Notes under the pieces: model-generated
Seen by the model: only the letters and a program-made list of their open reading frames with translations
Databases searched by the model: none
Told to the model about the DNA's origin: nothing
Origin: Octopus sinensis
Lineage: Eukaryota
Direction: 5' to 3'
NCBI RefSeq assembly: GCF_006345805.1
Contig: NC_042999.1
Coordinates: 133,796,001-133,860,000, forward strand
DNA: 64,000 bases
Shown here: piece after piece, positions 53,030 to 64,000 of the stretch
Position numbering within the stretch: position 1 is the first letter of the stretch
Layout: the number at the start of each line of letters is the position of its first letter
Made by a program: the position numbers and the translations under genes

Positions 53030-53270
53030 TTATTTAATTAAGAGGTGGTGTAGGAGTAACAGTAAAAACTGCCTGTTTAAACCCATCAATGACACTGCAC
53101 CGAGTTCGAATATCAAACGTTCATCTTCCTGTGTCCTTGAGTATGTAAATCCTTGGTATACGGAAATGTTGCACACTGGGAAGTGAATAATGGTACGTCT
53201 TACGTCCTTTTTTTTGTTGAAGTGGGTAGCAACGTGTTGGCCTCGCATGCAATGGATTTTCCGGTCCCTT
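53030..53270 (-). mobile_element. Penelope-like element GIY-YIG endonuclease C-terminal relic
   Basis: ORF 53030-53248(-): QHVATHFN...SRTQEDERLIFELGAVSLMGLNRQF fits the PLE pattern PVAxHFN...RKxxExxLIFxLGTLxPxGLN. Confidence 0.75.
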
Positions 53271-53339
53271 TGGCAATTTCACTGTACTCTTCCTGTTGAT
53301 TTATGTCTATGCGTATGTGCACACTCACACACACTCACA

Positions 53340-53409
<70 letters not shown>

Positions 53410-53586
53410 TATATGCATATATATATATAACATATATATATATACAATATACATATATGTATATATATATACATATATATATATATGTATATATATATAC
53501 ACACACATATATATATATATATACATACATATATGTATACACACGAATATATATACATGCATACAAACATACATACATACATACAT

Positions 53587-53631
<45 letters not shown>

Positions 53632-53714
53632 TATTTATTTTCACACATGTATACATGCACACATATCCATACACAGATACACTCTCTCTCTCTCCCCGTC
53701 TCTTCCTCCTCCTA

Positions 53715-53751
<37 letters not shown>

Positions 53752-54034
53752 TCGCTATCTTACAATATATGTATTTTCCCATTTATTTATTTTCATAATA
53801 GATATTCCTCAATCTTTCTCCATCATTTCTTTTCCAATAGTTGTCGGTTTATGTCCACTGCTATCATAATCCTTGCCAGCACTGCCACCCCTGCGCTACA
53901 GCCAACCGACATCGTCATCATCACAACCACCACCATCAACAGCGGCAGCAGCAGTAGCAGCAGAACTTCCGCTACCACCACTACCACACCAAAATCACTA
54001 CCACTTCCACCGTCGCCACTAATACCAACACCAT

Positions 54035-54075
<41 letters not shown>

Positions 54076-54770
54076 GCGCACTTAGCTCTACCATCATCAC
54101 CACCACCATTACCATCACCGCCACTACCACCAATACCACCACTGTCACCACCGTCATCAGCAAAATCAGCTCTACCCTCTCCGCCAGAGCCACTACCACT
54201 ACATCAACACTGCCGAACAACATCACTCCACGCAACCATCAATTTCGAACAGTGCCACAACCACTCAACCACTACCACCACCACCACCACCACCTACACC
54301 ACCACACCACCACCACCGCCACCACCACCACCACCACCACCACCACCACCACCACCATCAAAACTGCTATTACCATACCAACACTGCCAACAAGCAACAC
54401 CATAACTAACAACCATTACCAATGAACCAGCACTATCACTTAACCAGACCACCACCTCTCAACCACCTCTCCAACTCTACCACGACTACCACCACGACTA
54501 CCACCACCACCACCACCACCACCACCACCAATACCACCAGTAACACCACCACTGACATACTAGCACTATTCAGATACAACCACGAATACCATTCAAACCT
54601 TACACCCAAACGTTCTCTCACTCGAAAACCTCTACCATCATAACAGCCATAAGCACCACTAACACCACCGCCACCATAAACATTGATCCCACCTTCAGCA
54701 TCATCACCAGTGCTACAAACATACCCTTTCTCCTCTCCATCATCATCATCATCATCATTTCCATCTTTAA
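53340..54770. repeat. (AT)n/(AC)n block followed by a ~1-kb CAT/CAC/CAG/ACC trinucleotide mosaic
   Basis: Direct reading. It generates spurious poly-P/T/S/H ORFs. Confidence 0.95.
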
Positions 54771-55549
54771 CCATTGCCTGTACTACATCTCCGCACCACC
54801 AACAACAACAGTAGCAGCATCCCCTTCACCAATATCATATTTCTTAGCCTGTCTCTCCTTACTCGCCTTCTGTCTCTCCCCCTTACTCTCTTTTTCACTC
54901 TCCTCCCACTTTCCCCTCTCCTCTTCTTCTCTCCGCCCCCCTCCCGTCTTGTCTTTTCAACAGTATTTCCTCTCCTGTTCCTCTTCCCTTCCCATACTAT
55001 TGAGAAATTACTAGAACTCCAACGTCAATACAAAGAAATTTATTATCTCGAAATCCTGCTTATTTTTGACCTGATCTAGGCACGCTCGCCCGGTTGCCTT
55101 CACTTGTTCTTCGCTATATTTATGGCCCCAAAGTCTTAAGTAAATGAAATGTGTCTTATCTTTCATTCTTCTTTTAATTCTTTCATGAAAGCCTTGATAT
55201 ATCGATATGTTTATGAGAGAAACTGGGCATAAATCACATTTAAGCAGACAGGGTGCCTTCACTCTTCATTCTTTATATGTATATGTGGGTGTGAATGTCA
55301 ATGCGTATGTGAGGTTGTGTGTGTGTATGTGTGTGTGAGAGTGCGAGTGTGTACGTTTTTGTTTATGAATGAGTACGTATATGCGGCGGCGGCGTTACTG
55401 CGTGATTATATGCATACTTGCTTATGTGTTTGTTTTATTGTATGGAAGGAAAAAAAAATATCTGCTGCTGTAGTGTGAACTACATCCATAAGTGTCTGAG
55501 TGTGTGTTGGGGAATGGATATGTAAGGAAGGTGAGCGGGCTGGGTGAAT

Positions 55550-55605
55550 AATGTTTGTGTGTGTGTGTGTGTGTGTGTGCATATCTAGGTATACGTATGT
55601 ACACG

Positions 55606-55644
<39 letters not shown>

Positions 55645-55861
55645 ACACGCACGCACACACATACAAACACATATGCATTTACATATATAAAATTACTCCG
55701 ATATAAATATATATATATATATGCGCATATGCATATATAGAAATATATATATATATATGTATATATATATGTATATATATGTATGATATAATGTATAATA
55801 TATATATATATATAATATATATACATACATATATATATTATATATATATATATACATATAA

Positions 55862-55922
<61 letters not shown>

Positions 55923-56128
55923 CATATATAATATATATATGTATGTATGTATGTATATGTATATATTAACTGTTGTACCACTATCTTTATATATATATAT
56001 ATTCATATATATATACATATACGCTTCATACTTATATACATATGCATATATATATCATATATGCATTTATATATATATACATACACATACATACATACAT
56101 ACATATAATATATATATATAATATATAT

Positions 56129-56179
<51 letters not shown>

Positions 56180-56200
56180 GATTGTATGCATGTATGTGTG
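55550..56200. repeat. (GT)n/(CA)n and long interrupted (AT)n block
   Basis: Direct reading. Confidence 0.95.
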
Positions 56201-56567
56201 TGTGTAAGTGGACATAAAAATGCATGTAAGTAATTTATGAAACGTATTTACATCAAGTAAAAAAACCACATACACAAGATGCACGCACATAGATGATAGA
56301 TACGCATTATATATAGCATTGAGAAGAAATATAACTGAATGAAGAACTCAATATGAGAAGTAGAGTACAAAAATTATATTCTAACGCAACACGACTTCAA
56401 AATTTCGTCAAGTAATGCAGCTTAAAGTCTATTATTAGAAAAGCCTTATTCGATGAAACCTAGCGGAACTGTGAACTCACCATCGCCTTTATATGCATTT
56501 GCTTGCTTACGTGTGTGTGAATGTGTTGCGTGTGTATGTGTGTGTGTTAGTGTGTGAGAAAGAGCGA

Positions 56568-56606
<39 letters not shown>

Positions 56607-56853
56607 GTGGGATTTCTTGTGTGCGTTGTTATATATATTCTATTTACAAATAATGGTGATGTATATGTTTGTTACGTGTCTGTGTAAAGTTATGTGTATG
56701 TACACGCATGATTGATTGTATGCGTATATATGTATTTTTATATTTGTATATAGATAGAGATATAGATATTGGTATGCACGCACAACACACACACAATGTA
56801 ACAACAACAACTTGGCAAAATAAAATACTAAATTGTTATATGTGTCACTAGCG

Positions 56854-57159
56854 CAGTGGTTTCCAACCTGTGGTCAGCGGACCCCTCGTGGTCCGCTAAT
56901 GTAGTACTGCGAATCGTGAAATAAATTCAAAATTTCACACACACCACACACACACACACACACACAAACACACAATATATATATATATATATAATATTAT
57001 ATATATATATATATATATGTGTGTGGGTGTGGTGTGTGTGGGTATGTGTGTATTACATACATACATACATACATAAAGATAAGCATATTAAAAGGAGTCC
57101 GTGGGGAAACTCATTTAAATAAAAGGGGTCCTTGGTAGTGAAAATGTTGGGAACCACTC
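56854..57159. mobile_element. hAT-type MITE with 8-bp TSD
   Basis: TIRs CAGTGGTTTCCAAC / TGTTGGGAACCACTC. Flanks CACTAGCG (56846-56853) and CACTAGAG (57160-57167). The interior is expanded by (CA)n(TA)n(TG)n. Confidence 0.85.
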
Positions 57160-58525
57160 CACTAGAGTCATAAAGTCGTTTACTTAAGTTCAAAATGTAA
57201 TATTAATTTAAAATTTTGGCATAAGCCAGCTATTTCGGGGTTAAGTCGATTATATTTCGTGAGTAAGTCGATTTCATCCAGCCTCTGGGCTGAACATGTG
57301 TCTGTTTTATCATCGCCAAAAGGATCAAAGGCTAAGTCGACCTCAGCAGCATTTGAACTCAGAAAGTAACACAGGACGAAATGTTGTTAAGTATTTTGTC
57401 CGGCGTGGTAATGTTTCAGTTGGTTCGCACCTTAGTTAAAAAGCGTAAAGTTAGTTTCAAATTTTGGCAAAACACCAGCAAGACCGTGGAAGTGTAGTCG
57501 ATGTAACTGACTACAGCGCCCGAGTGGTATTTATTTTATCGATCTCGAAAGGATGAAAGGCAATATCGACCTCGGCAGAACTCGGAATATAAAGACGGAC
57601 GAGGTGCCGCTAGGCATTTTCCCCAACGTTCTAATGATTCTGCCAGCTCATGGTCTTAGTCTAAAATATAATATTTGTTTCAAAGTTTGGTACAAGGGAT
57701 AGGGGTAAGACTTAAGTCGGTTACATTGACCACAATGATCAAGTGGTCGTTATTTTATCGAATCTGAATGGACGAAAAGCAAAGTCGACCTCGACGGAAT
57801 TAGTCCAAAATGTAATATTACTAAGAGAATGAAGACTGTAAAATCAATTTACTAATTACAGATGACATATTTTCTTGACATCTTGATCGACTTTGACTCA
57901 TTTAAATTTGGCGTTCTGCAGAGCCTTCTTCCAGATTAAATTTTAAAAGCTTGCAATGGCACCATTTGACAATAGTTATATACATCCTATGTATTTTGCA
58001 GTTTATGTATATAATATATATTTGTTTCTGTTGATTATCCCCATCCTCAACGTAACTCTGATCGGGTTAATGTATGATCAAAGAAGTTCCAACCTTGTCT
58101 AAATACAGAGGCTTACTATATGAAGACGCATGGCCTAGTTGTTACGGTGTGTTCGACACATAATCATGAACCGAGCGTAGGTCTATGTTCTTGAACTTTA
58201 TTTCATGTTGTCCAAGTCTACTCACTTGCCAAAGTGTTTGTGCAGCAGTCCTCGGCCAGGGGGCGGGGACATTATGGGTATTTTGATTGCTCATGGACGT
58301 GGAATCTGAGACGGTGTTTCGGTCTGATTGTGAGTACATAAAGCCTTGAGATAATCCAAGAAAGTCTACTACATGTTATGAAGGAATATTCATTTACCAG
58401 TGCTGGATGTACCCTATAATTATGTTTATATATACATACATGCATACATACATACATACATACATACATACATACATACATACATACATACATACATACA
58501 TACACATGTGTGTGTGTGTGTGTGT

Positions 58526-58744
58526 GAAGGCGCATGGCTCAGTGGCTAGAGCGTCGAGCTTATGATCGTGAGGTTGTGAGTTCAACTCCCGGACCGGGCT
58601 GTGTGTTATGTTCCAGAGCAAAACGCTTTATTTCACGATGCTCCAGTTAACTCAGCTGTAGAAATGAGTTGTGACATCACTGGTGCCAAGCTGTATTGGC
58701 CACTTTGCCTTTACCTTGGATAACATCAGTTGTGTGGAGAGGGG
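58526..58744 (+). mobile_element. tRNA-derived SINE family C (shared TTGAGCAAGACACTTTATTTCAC..CTCAGCTG-type core)
   Basis: A-box TGGCTCAGTGG at 58535-58545 and B-box GAGTTCAACTCC at 58578-58589. Reverse copy at 45061-45304. Confidence 0.9.
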
Positions 58745-58832
58745 ATATATATATATTATATATATACTATATATGATATATATAATGACTTTTATATATA
58801 TATATATATATTATATATATATAGATCTATAT

Positions 58833-58871
<39 letters not shown>

Positions 58872-58881
58872 CTGTGTGTGT

Positions 58882-59200
58882 GGAGGCGCAAAGGCCCAGT
58901 GGTTAGGGCACCGGACTTGCGGTCGTAGGATTGCGGTTTCGATTCCCAGACCGGGCGTTGTGAGTGTTTATTGAGCGAAAACACCTAAAAGCTCCACGAT
59001 GCTGCGGCAGTTGGTGGTGATCCCTGCTGTACTCTTTCACCACTCTTTCTTCTGTTGGCCTGCTCGCTTAGCCAGCGGGGTGGCGACATTCGAAGGGTAA
59101 AACAATGCGAAAGCATTGTGACCAGCGTAACAACATCTGGTGATCTGGTCGGTCACGTGTAACAACATCTGATGGTCTGGTCGGTCACGTGATCACGTGA
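58882..59200 (+). mobile_element. tRNA-derived SINE with duplicated 3' module and TCACGTGA tail
   Basis: tRNA-like head. TAACAACATCTG(G/A)TG(A/G)TCTGGTCGGTCACGTG occurs twice. A 3' fragment of the same family lies at ~42975-43090. Confidence 0.88.
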
Positions 59201-60278
59201 TATATATATATAGATATGGGATAACATCTAGTCTTCAACTATTTGTATGGATTTGGAAGGTTTACGATTCGAGTTATTTGCTTACTACGTAACCAACATT
59301 GTTTGAGACAATAGAAGATGTAGTAATTACACACTACATTATCAATGTTTAAGTTGGTCCTTTAAATCCTTGGTGATGGAACCGTGTGTCTGATAAAACA
59401 TGTGTTAATACTTACAGTTTCATTATCTTTTAACAATTTTAATTAGCTTTAAACATAGCAAGGTTTAATAGTAATAGTTAATTACAAGTACATTTGTTAG
59501 CTCCTATTTAATAATATTTAATGTTTCTATTAGTTACTGGTAATTTAATATTAAAGCTTGTAGCGGTGATATATTAATGAGTTTGTAGTGTTTTATTATT
59601 AACTTTTGAATGATGAAATAATGTATTTCACTCATAATTATTATATTATTAGTTAAATTAATTTCAATCGTGTTTGTTTTGTGTTGGAGAGATTTATATA
59701 TAGCTTTACCTTTCATTATAGTAGTAACTATGGAAGACTGGTGGGATTATTATTTATATGGACTTAAAGATTGGTCGCGAGTTAGAATATAATTTAGTTA
59801 TTGCGGTTTACTATTAGTACCAATACAATTTACATTGGTTTAAATGTGTCTTTGTTGTAGTTTTATTAAAGTTAGTGTTTAATTCTGCCTATTAATTTAT
59901 TGATTGAATGATTGTGGTTATTAAGCCTTCACTTTTATATTATACTATGGAAGACAGTAGAGATTATAATTTCTGTATGACTTGATATATTGGTCGCTAT
60001 TGTGTTACGTGTTTAGGAGTTGGTTGTAATTTCCTTATTGAATTTATGTACCGATATAGTTGTGCATAGGGCAAATGTATTTGAAATTTGTGGTTTCTTT
60101 GGTTTCTTTGTTCCGAAACAACACTTATTTTAGTACTGTTGACAGCGCAGGATTGAATGGTACTCCCCAGGTGTAGAAAACATAATGATATCCGTGGGGC
60201 AGCTGATGATGGATGCATGTTGGATTGCTGGTATGGCTGTTTTGTATATGTGGAATAGTATTATAACACATCCTTTTG

Positions 60279-60355
<77 letters not shown>

Positions 60356-60456
60356 ATATAGATATATATAGATTTGCTCGACTAAAGGCGGTGCTCCAGC
60401 ATGGCCGCAGTCAAATGACTGAAACAAGTAAAAGAGTAAAAGAGAAAGAGTAAAGA

Positions 60457-60499
<43 letters not shown>

Positions 60500-61034
60500 G
60501 TATATGTATAGGTATGTATATATATGTCTGTGTGTGTGTGTGATGGGGTGTGTATGTGTAAAAGAATATTCTTATCATTCGTTGCCATATATTGCACATC
60601 GGTCAATCGCACATCCAACATCCCTTGACTTTTTGAATGGTTTTTGATGCATTCAAGAATAGGGTATGTTTGTGAGCCCTTCGCTGAACCACCTCCATTT
60701 GTTGGACGGAATACACACTCTTATAGGTCTATCATGATCCTGTCGCTGGGCAGCTTAGCCCAACCTTAAGGAGTCAGAGAAAGAAAGGAAGTCTTAATTT
60801 GACTGCTGCTTTATTTATAAACTTCGAAAGGATAAAACACAAATTTGAACTCAAAACGCAAAGAGTTGAATTTCGGTCTGGTGATTCTGTCAGTCGAATA
60901 TGTAGCACAGAATAATCTCTTAACATGGATTGTAACGCCTCATTAGGGACGTTGTGCATTTTCAAATAGACTCTATTTGATGCTTAGCTTTTTGTGAAAT
61001 AAAATACTTAAACCACGCACAATACTTATATTCT

Positions 61035-61240
61035 AAATCACCTGGATTGGCCGAGTCCGGCCCCGCTGGGCAGAGCATTCGCTCCATTCCCCTCGTTCTC
61101 TCGCCACTCTCCGCCATGCTGCTCCAAACATTCTTCTTAAATTATCTTCCCAACTGAGTGGTCCCTTCCGCTCGCGCCTGTACTACTCGACAACTGCTCG
61201 AGTCCATCGATCATCTTTGAACCTTCTAAATATGTTTTCA
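61035..61240 (-). mobile_element. RTE-clade LINE ORF 3' fragment
   Basis: The minus strand translates as RWTRAVVE*YRRERKGPLSWEDNLRRMFGAAWRRVARERGEW, matching the RTE pattern RWTxxVxEWxPRxxKR..RWxDxLxKxxGxxWxRxAxDRxxW. Confidence 0.75.
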
Positions 61241-62394
61241 AAATATCTTTACTGGGATATATGAATAGAACGTTGTGTTATCGGTGAACAGAAAACCTGA
61301 CTGCTGATTCCGAAGGTGTAGCGTAATTTCATTCTGTTATTTCTCGCTTTCTTTAGTAATTTCCATAAAAAATTGAACATAGGGGACAGCATCCACTATA
61401 TCTAAAAAGTGACACAAATTATATAATACAAGAAAAAAGCCTATTTGTTTGAAATCTGCCATTTTTTTCAAAATAAGAGGAGGGGTCATTTGTAAAACGT
61501 TCTCCGGTGAAAGACATAAAGAACACAAAGCTAGAAAATGTTGAAGGCTACTGATGTAGTATTTTATTTTTATATATTTCAATATTCTGCAGTGCAGTAT
61601 TGTTGTACCGTAATTTGTTGTAAGTGTAGTGGAAGAATGTGTAGAACACTGTAAAGAGTCTAATATAGTTTTATTTGGAATTTTAATATTTTAGAGCTTC
61701 GAGTGACTGTTACTTTGTATCCCAAAGAAATTTCATACACTGATGAAAATAACATTATGTAGCAAATTCTACAAAATATTTATCAATATATTTGCCTAAA
61801 CTTATAGCGATGCTTTCAAAATTAGTAGTAGTTGTTCTCTACTATTAAGGAGTGGCGTGGTTTAGAGGTTAGGGTGTTGGACTCATGATCGTAAGATTGC
61901 GTTTTCGATTCATGGACCGAGTGAGGCGTTGTGCTCTCGAGCAAAGCACGTCATGTCACCTTGCTCCAGTCCACTCAGCTGGCAAGAATGAGTAATCCTG
62001 CGACAGACTAGCATTCCGTCCAAATGGGGAATACATACGCCATGGAAACCTGGAAACCGGCTCTATGAGTCTATCTTTTACTCCACTATCAACCGTCATA
62101 GAGCTACACTTGCAATACGAAATTTTTTTTAGCTATTTTACACGTAAGCAAATAACCCTTTCATCTATATACCTAAAACCAGATTTTTCACATACCTCAA
62201 GCCATATTTTTTTTTCTGTTTCAGATATTTTTTTAAAATATGAGAAAGTGGAGAATGTAAAAATCCGTTCTGTTAGCAACTATTATGTTGAAACCAAGCA
62301 GATACCTCACAAAAATGTGACAGGTGCCAGATTCTAAAAATTATATATAGACTGCATTTTAAAATACTTATTTGTGATTTGGGCCTCTCAAATA

Positions 62395-62610
62395 ATTCTT
62401 TGTACTATTGGTACAAGGCCTGAACTTTTGGGGGAGGGGGCCAGTGGAGTAGGTCGACGCCAGTACGCAACTGGTACTTCATTTATCGACCTCGAAAGGA
62501 TGAAAGGCGAAGTCGACCTCGGTGGAATTTGAAATCAGAACATAGCGGCAGACGAAATACTGCTAAGGATTTCGCCAGGCGTACTAACCATTCTGCCAGC
62601 TCGCCGCCTT
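62395..62610 (-). mobile_element. SINE family B copy (alternative tail)
   Basis: Same head and core as 50169-50405, with a CCTTGTACCAATAGTACAAAGAAT-type tail. Confidence 0.85.
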
Positions 62611-64000
62611 AAGGGCATCTCATATAATAATATGTGAAAGATATTGATAGGCGCGAGTGGAACTTTGCCTTTTGCTATTCCCAGAAAATGCAGACAACTG
62701 AAGAATCCCAGGGTGACTTCTACTTCTGTTTTATGTTTAAAAGCACTGTATGGTTAAATAAAGGTAAACTCATCAGTAGCCATACACTGTCATCTATAGA
62801 ACTTATTTTTCAAAGCGAAGGTATTCCGATGCTACAGACTTCAATAATTATAAATAATATTATTTGTAAATATATTACTATATAACTTATTCTTTGTTTA
62901 CTATAAATCTGTAAGGTAAGTATACAATCTCATACCAACTAAAAGTGCTATTAATTTCAAAATGGAAAACAATCCATCTCTATCTCTAGCACACTCGGTA
63001 CAATTGAATGACAGTTAGGAAAATATGTTTTATCTTCTGATTAAGTGATAACAGAGTTGTTAGTAATCATTACTGTCAACTTCAGTGGTCCCACAGCAGG
63101 ATTTACAGCAAGTAAGTTAAATTTAGTCAGGCAGCTAGAAAATATTATCTTGTTTCCACTTGTTTCTCTTGATAAAACAGTTTACAAACCCCTAGAGAAC
63201 CTATGCTTTTAAAACTGTCCGGTGCCAAAATCAAGAGTGGTATATTTCTTGATGTCCATGTAAATGCTATGTTGAACTTAGATAAAATGAATAATATTCA
63301 AAGAAAGGTGATCAGATCTGGAAAAGAAATACAGTACTCATTTCACTGTGTAGTTCATGAATTTGGAAATATTTGCAAAGGCCCTTATCTATAGAAGGTT
63401 GATGGCAAAGCTTTTTTTAAAATATTTACAGAATGTTGATAAATTACATTTGTAAATTGAAAAATTTAGAAAAAATAAAAAAGGATAATTCGGCAGAGCT
63501 TAATAGAAAGCAGAGGCACACAAATTAAGTTTTATTGGAAACATTAGAACACTTGTACTTGAGTTCCGTTGTTCGCCCTCAACCTGCTGATTTACTTTTT
63601 TTTTCTAAATGTTTCAAATTGTAAAGATAATTTATGGACACCCGTATTAAAATATTGTATATCGATTTTTAAATTTTTTTATGGAATTTAAAAGTTCATT
63701 TTTGCATTTCCATCGTGATTTTTGTTATATTTTAAGTGACATCATTGAGAAATATGGTGGAAGGTTTCACCAACAAATTTTAGGAATAGTTAGGACACAA
63801 AGATGTTGCCGTAAAGGGAAACTATACAGGATTTCAAGCTAGGAAAGCTGAAAAACTTTACAAAAGAAAATTAAGATCTTTACCTTTTGACCTACATACA
63901 GATTTAAAAAATGACTTTTTGTAACTAAACACTTTCAAACTTTGGACACTGGTAGAATGTGTCATATAAAACATCTTTTACTCTTTGCATTTTTGAGAAA

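Noticed and set aside
53485-54405. 306-aa Pro/Thr/Ser-rich ORF (formin- or mucin-like appearance)
   Set aside because: It is entirely di- and trinucleotide repeat, with no splice or domain evidence.
55080-55145. GC-richer patch with possible AG/GT boundaries
   Set aside because: No frame on either strand gives a recognisable peptide, and the splice sites are weak.
58526-58600. tRNA-like sequence with A and B boxes (also the other SINE heads)
   Set aside because: It continues into a shared SINE core and tail present in many copies, and I see no convincing acceptor stem. These are SINE heads, not tRNA genes.
59730-59742. TGGAAGACTGGTG resembling the miR-7 5' end
   Set aside because: The 3' half does not match and there is no precursor hairpin.
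59215-60000. Possible NUMT (12S/16S-like composition; GGGATAACA)
   Set aside because: Only a 9-nt match to a 16S motif; no other conserved rRNA, tRNA or mitochondrial ORF motif was recognised on either strand.
62910-63120. Strong splice donors (AAG|GTAAGT at ~62915, CAA|GTAAGT at ~63110; also ~5603 and GAG|GTACGT at ~45540)
   Set aside because: No recognisable coding exon or consistent acceptor/frame. Such motifs are expected by chance, and transcript data would be needed.

Overview
Eukaryotic, AT-rich, extremely microsatellite-dense DNA ((AT)n, (AC)n, (ACAT)n, (ATAG)n, (AG)n and CAT/CAC/CAA trinucleotide mosaics). It is interleaved with dozens of tRNA-derived, modular SINEs of at least three families. 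This composition is what I recognise as typical of octopus (coleoid cephalopod) genomes; that is an inference, not a database result. I cannot support any host protein-coding gene, true tRNA/rRNA or CRISPR array, so the window looks intergenic or intronic. Almost all ORF-track entries are translated microsatellites. Recognisable coding relics are all decayed transposons: an L1-Tx1 LINE (~10.3-12.8 kb), RTE LINE 3' ends (32.3, 34.3, 61.1 kb), a DD34D mariner (33.1 kb), a Tc1/maT-like 5' end (14.9 kb), a pogo/Tigger C-terminus (24.5 kb) and a Penelope GIY-YIG C-terminus (53.1 kb). Non-autonomous Helitron-like (42.3 kb) and hAT-MITE (56.9 kb) elements are also present. Two patterns are not explained by simple repeat annotation. 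(1) A cluster of local inverted duplications or long hairpins (12.26, 17.5, 21.2, 22.2, 25.3, 25.7 kb), mostly abutting (AT)n runs. (2) Several degenerate minimal hammerhead-ribozyme-like motifs, including a direct-plus-inverted repeat module at 25.7-26.95 kb with Penelope pseudo-LTR/retrozyme-like architecture. Element boundaries given with ~ are read by eye.
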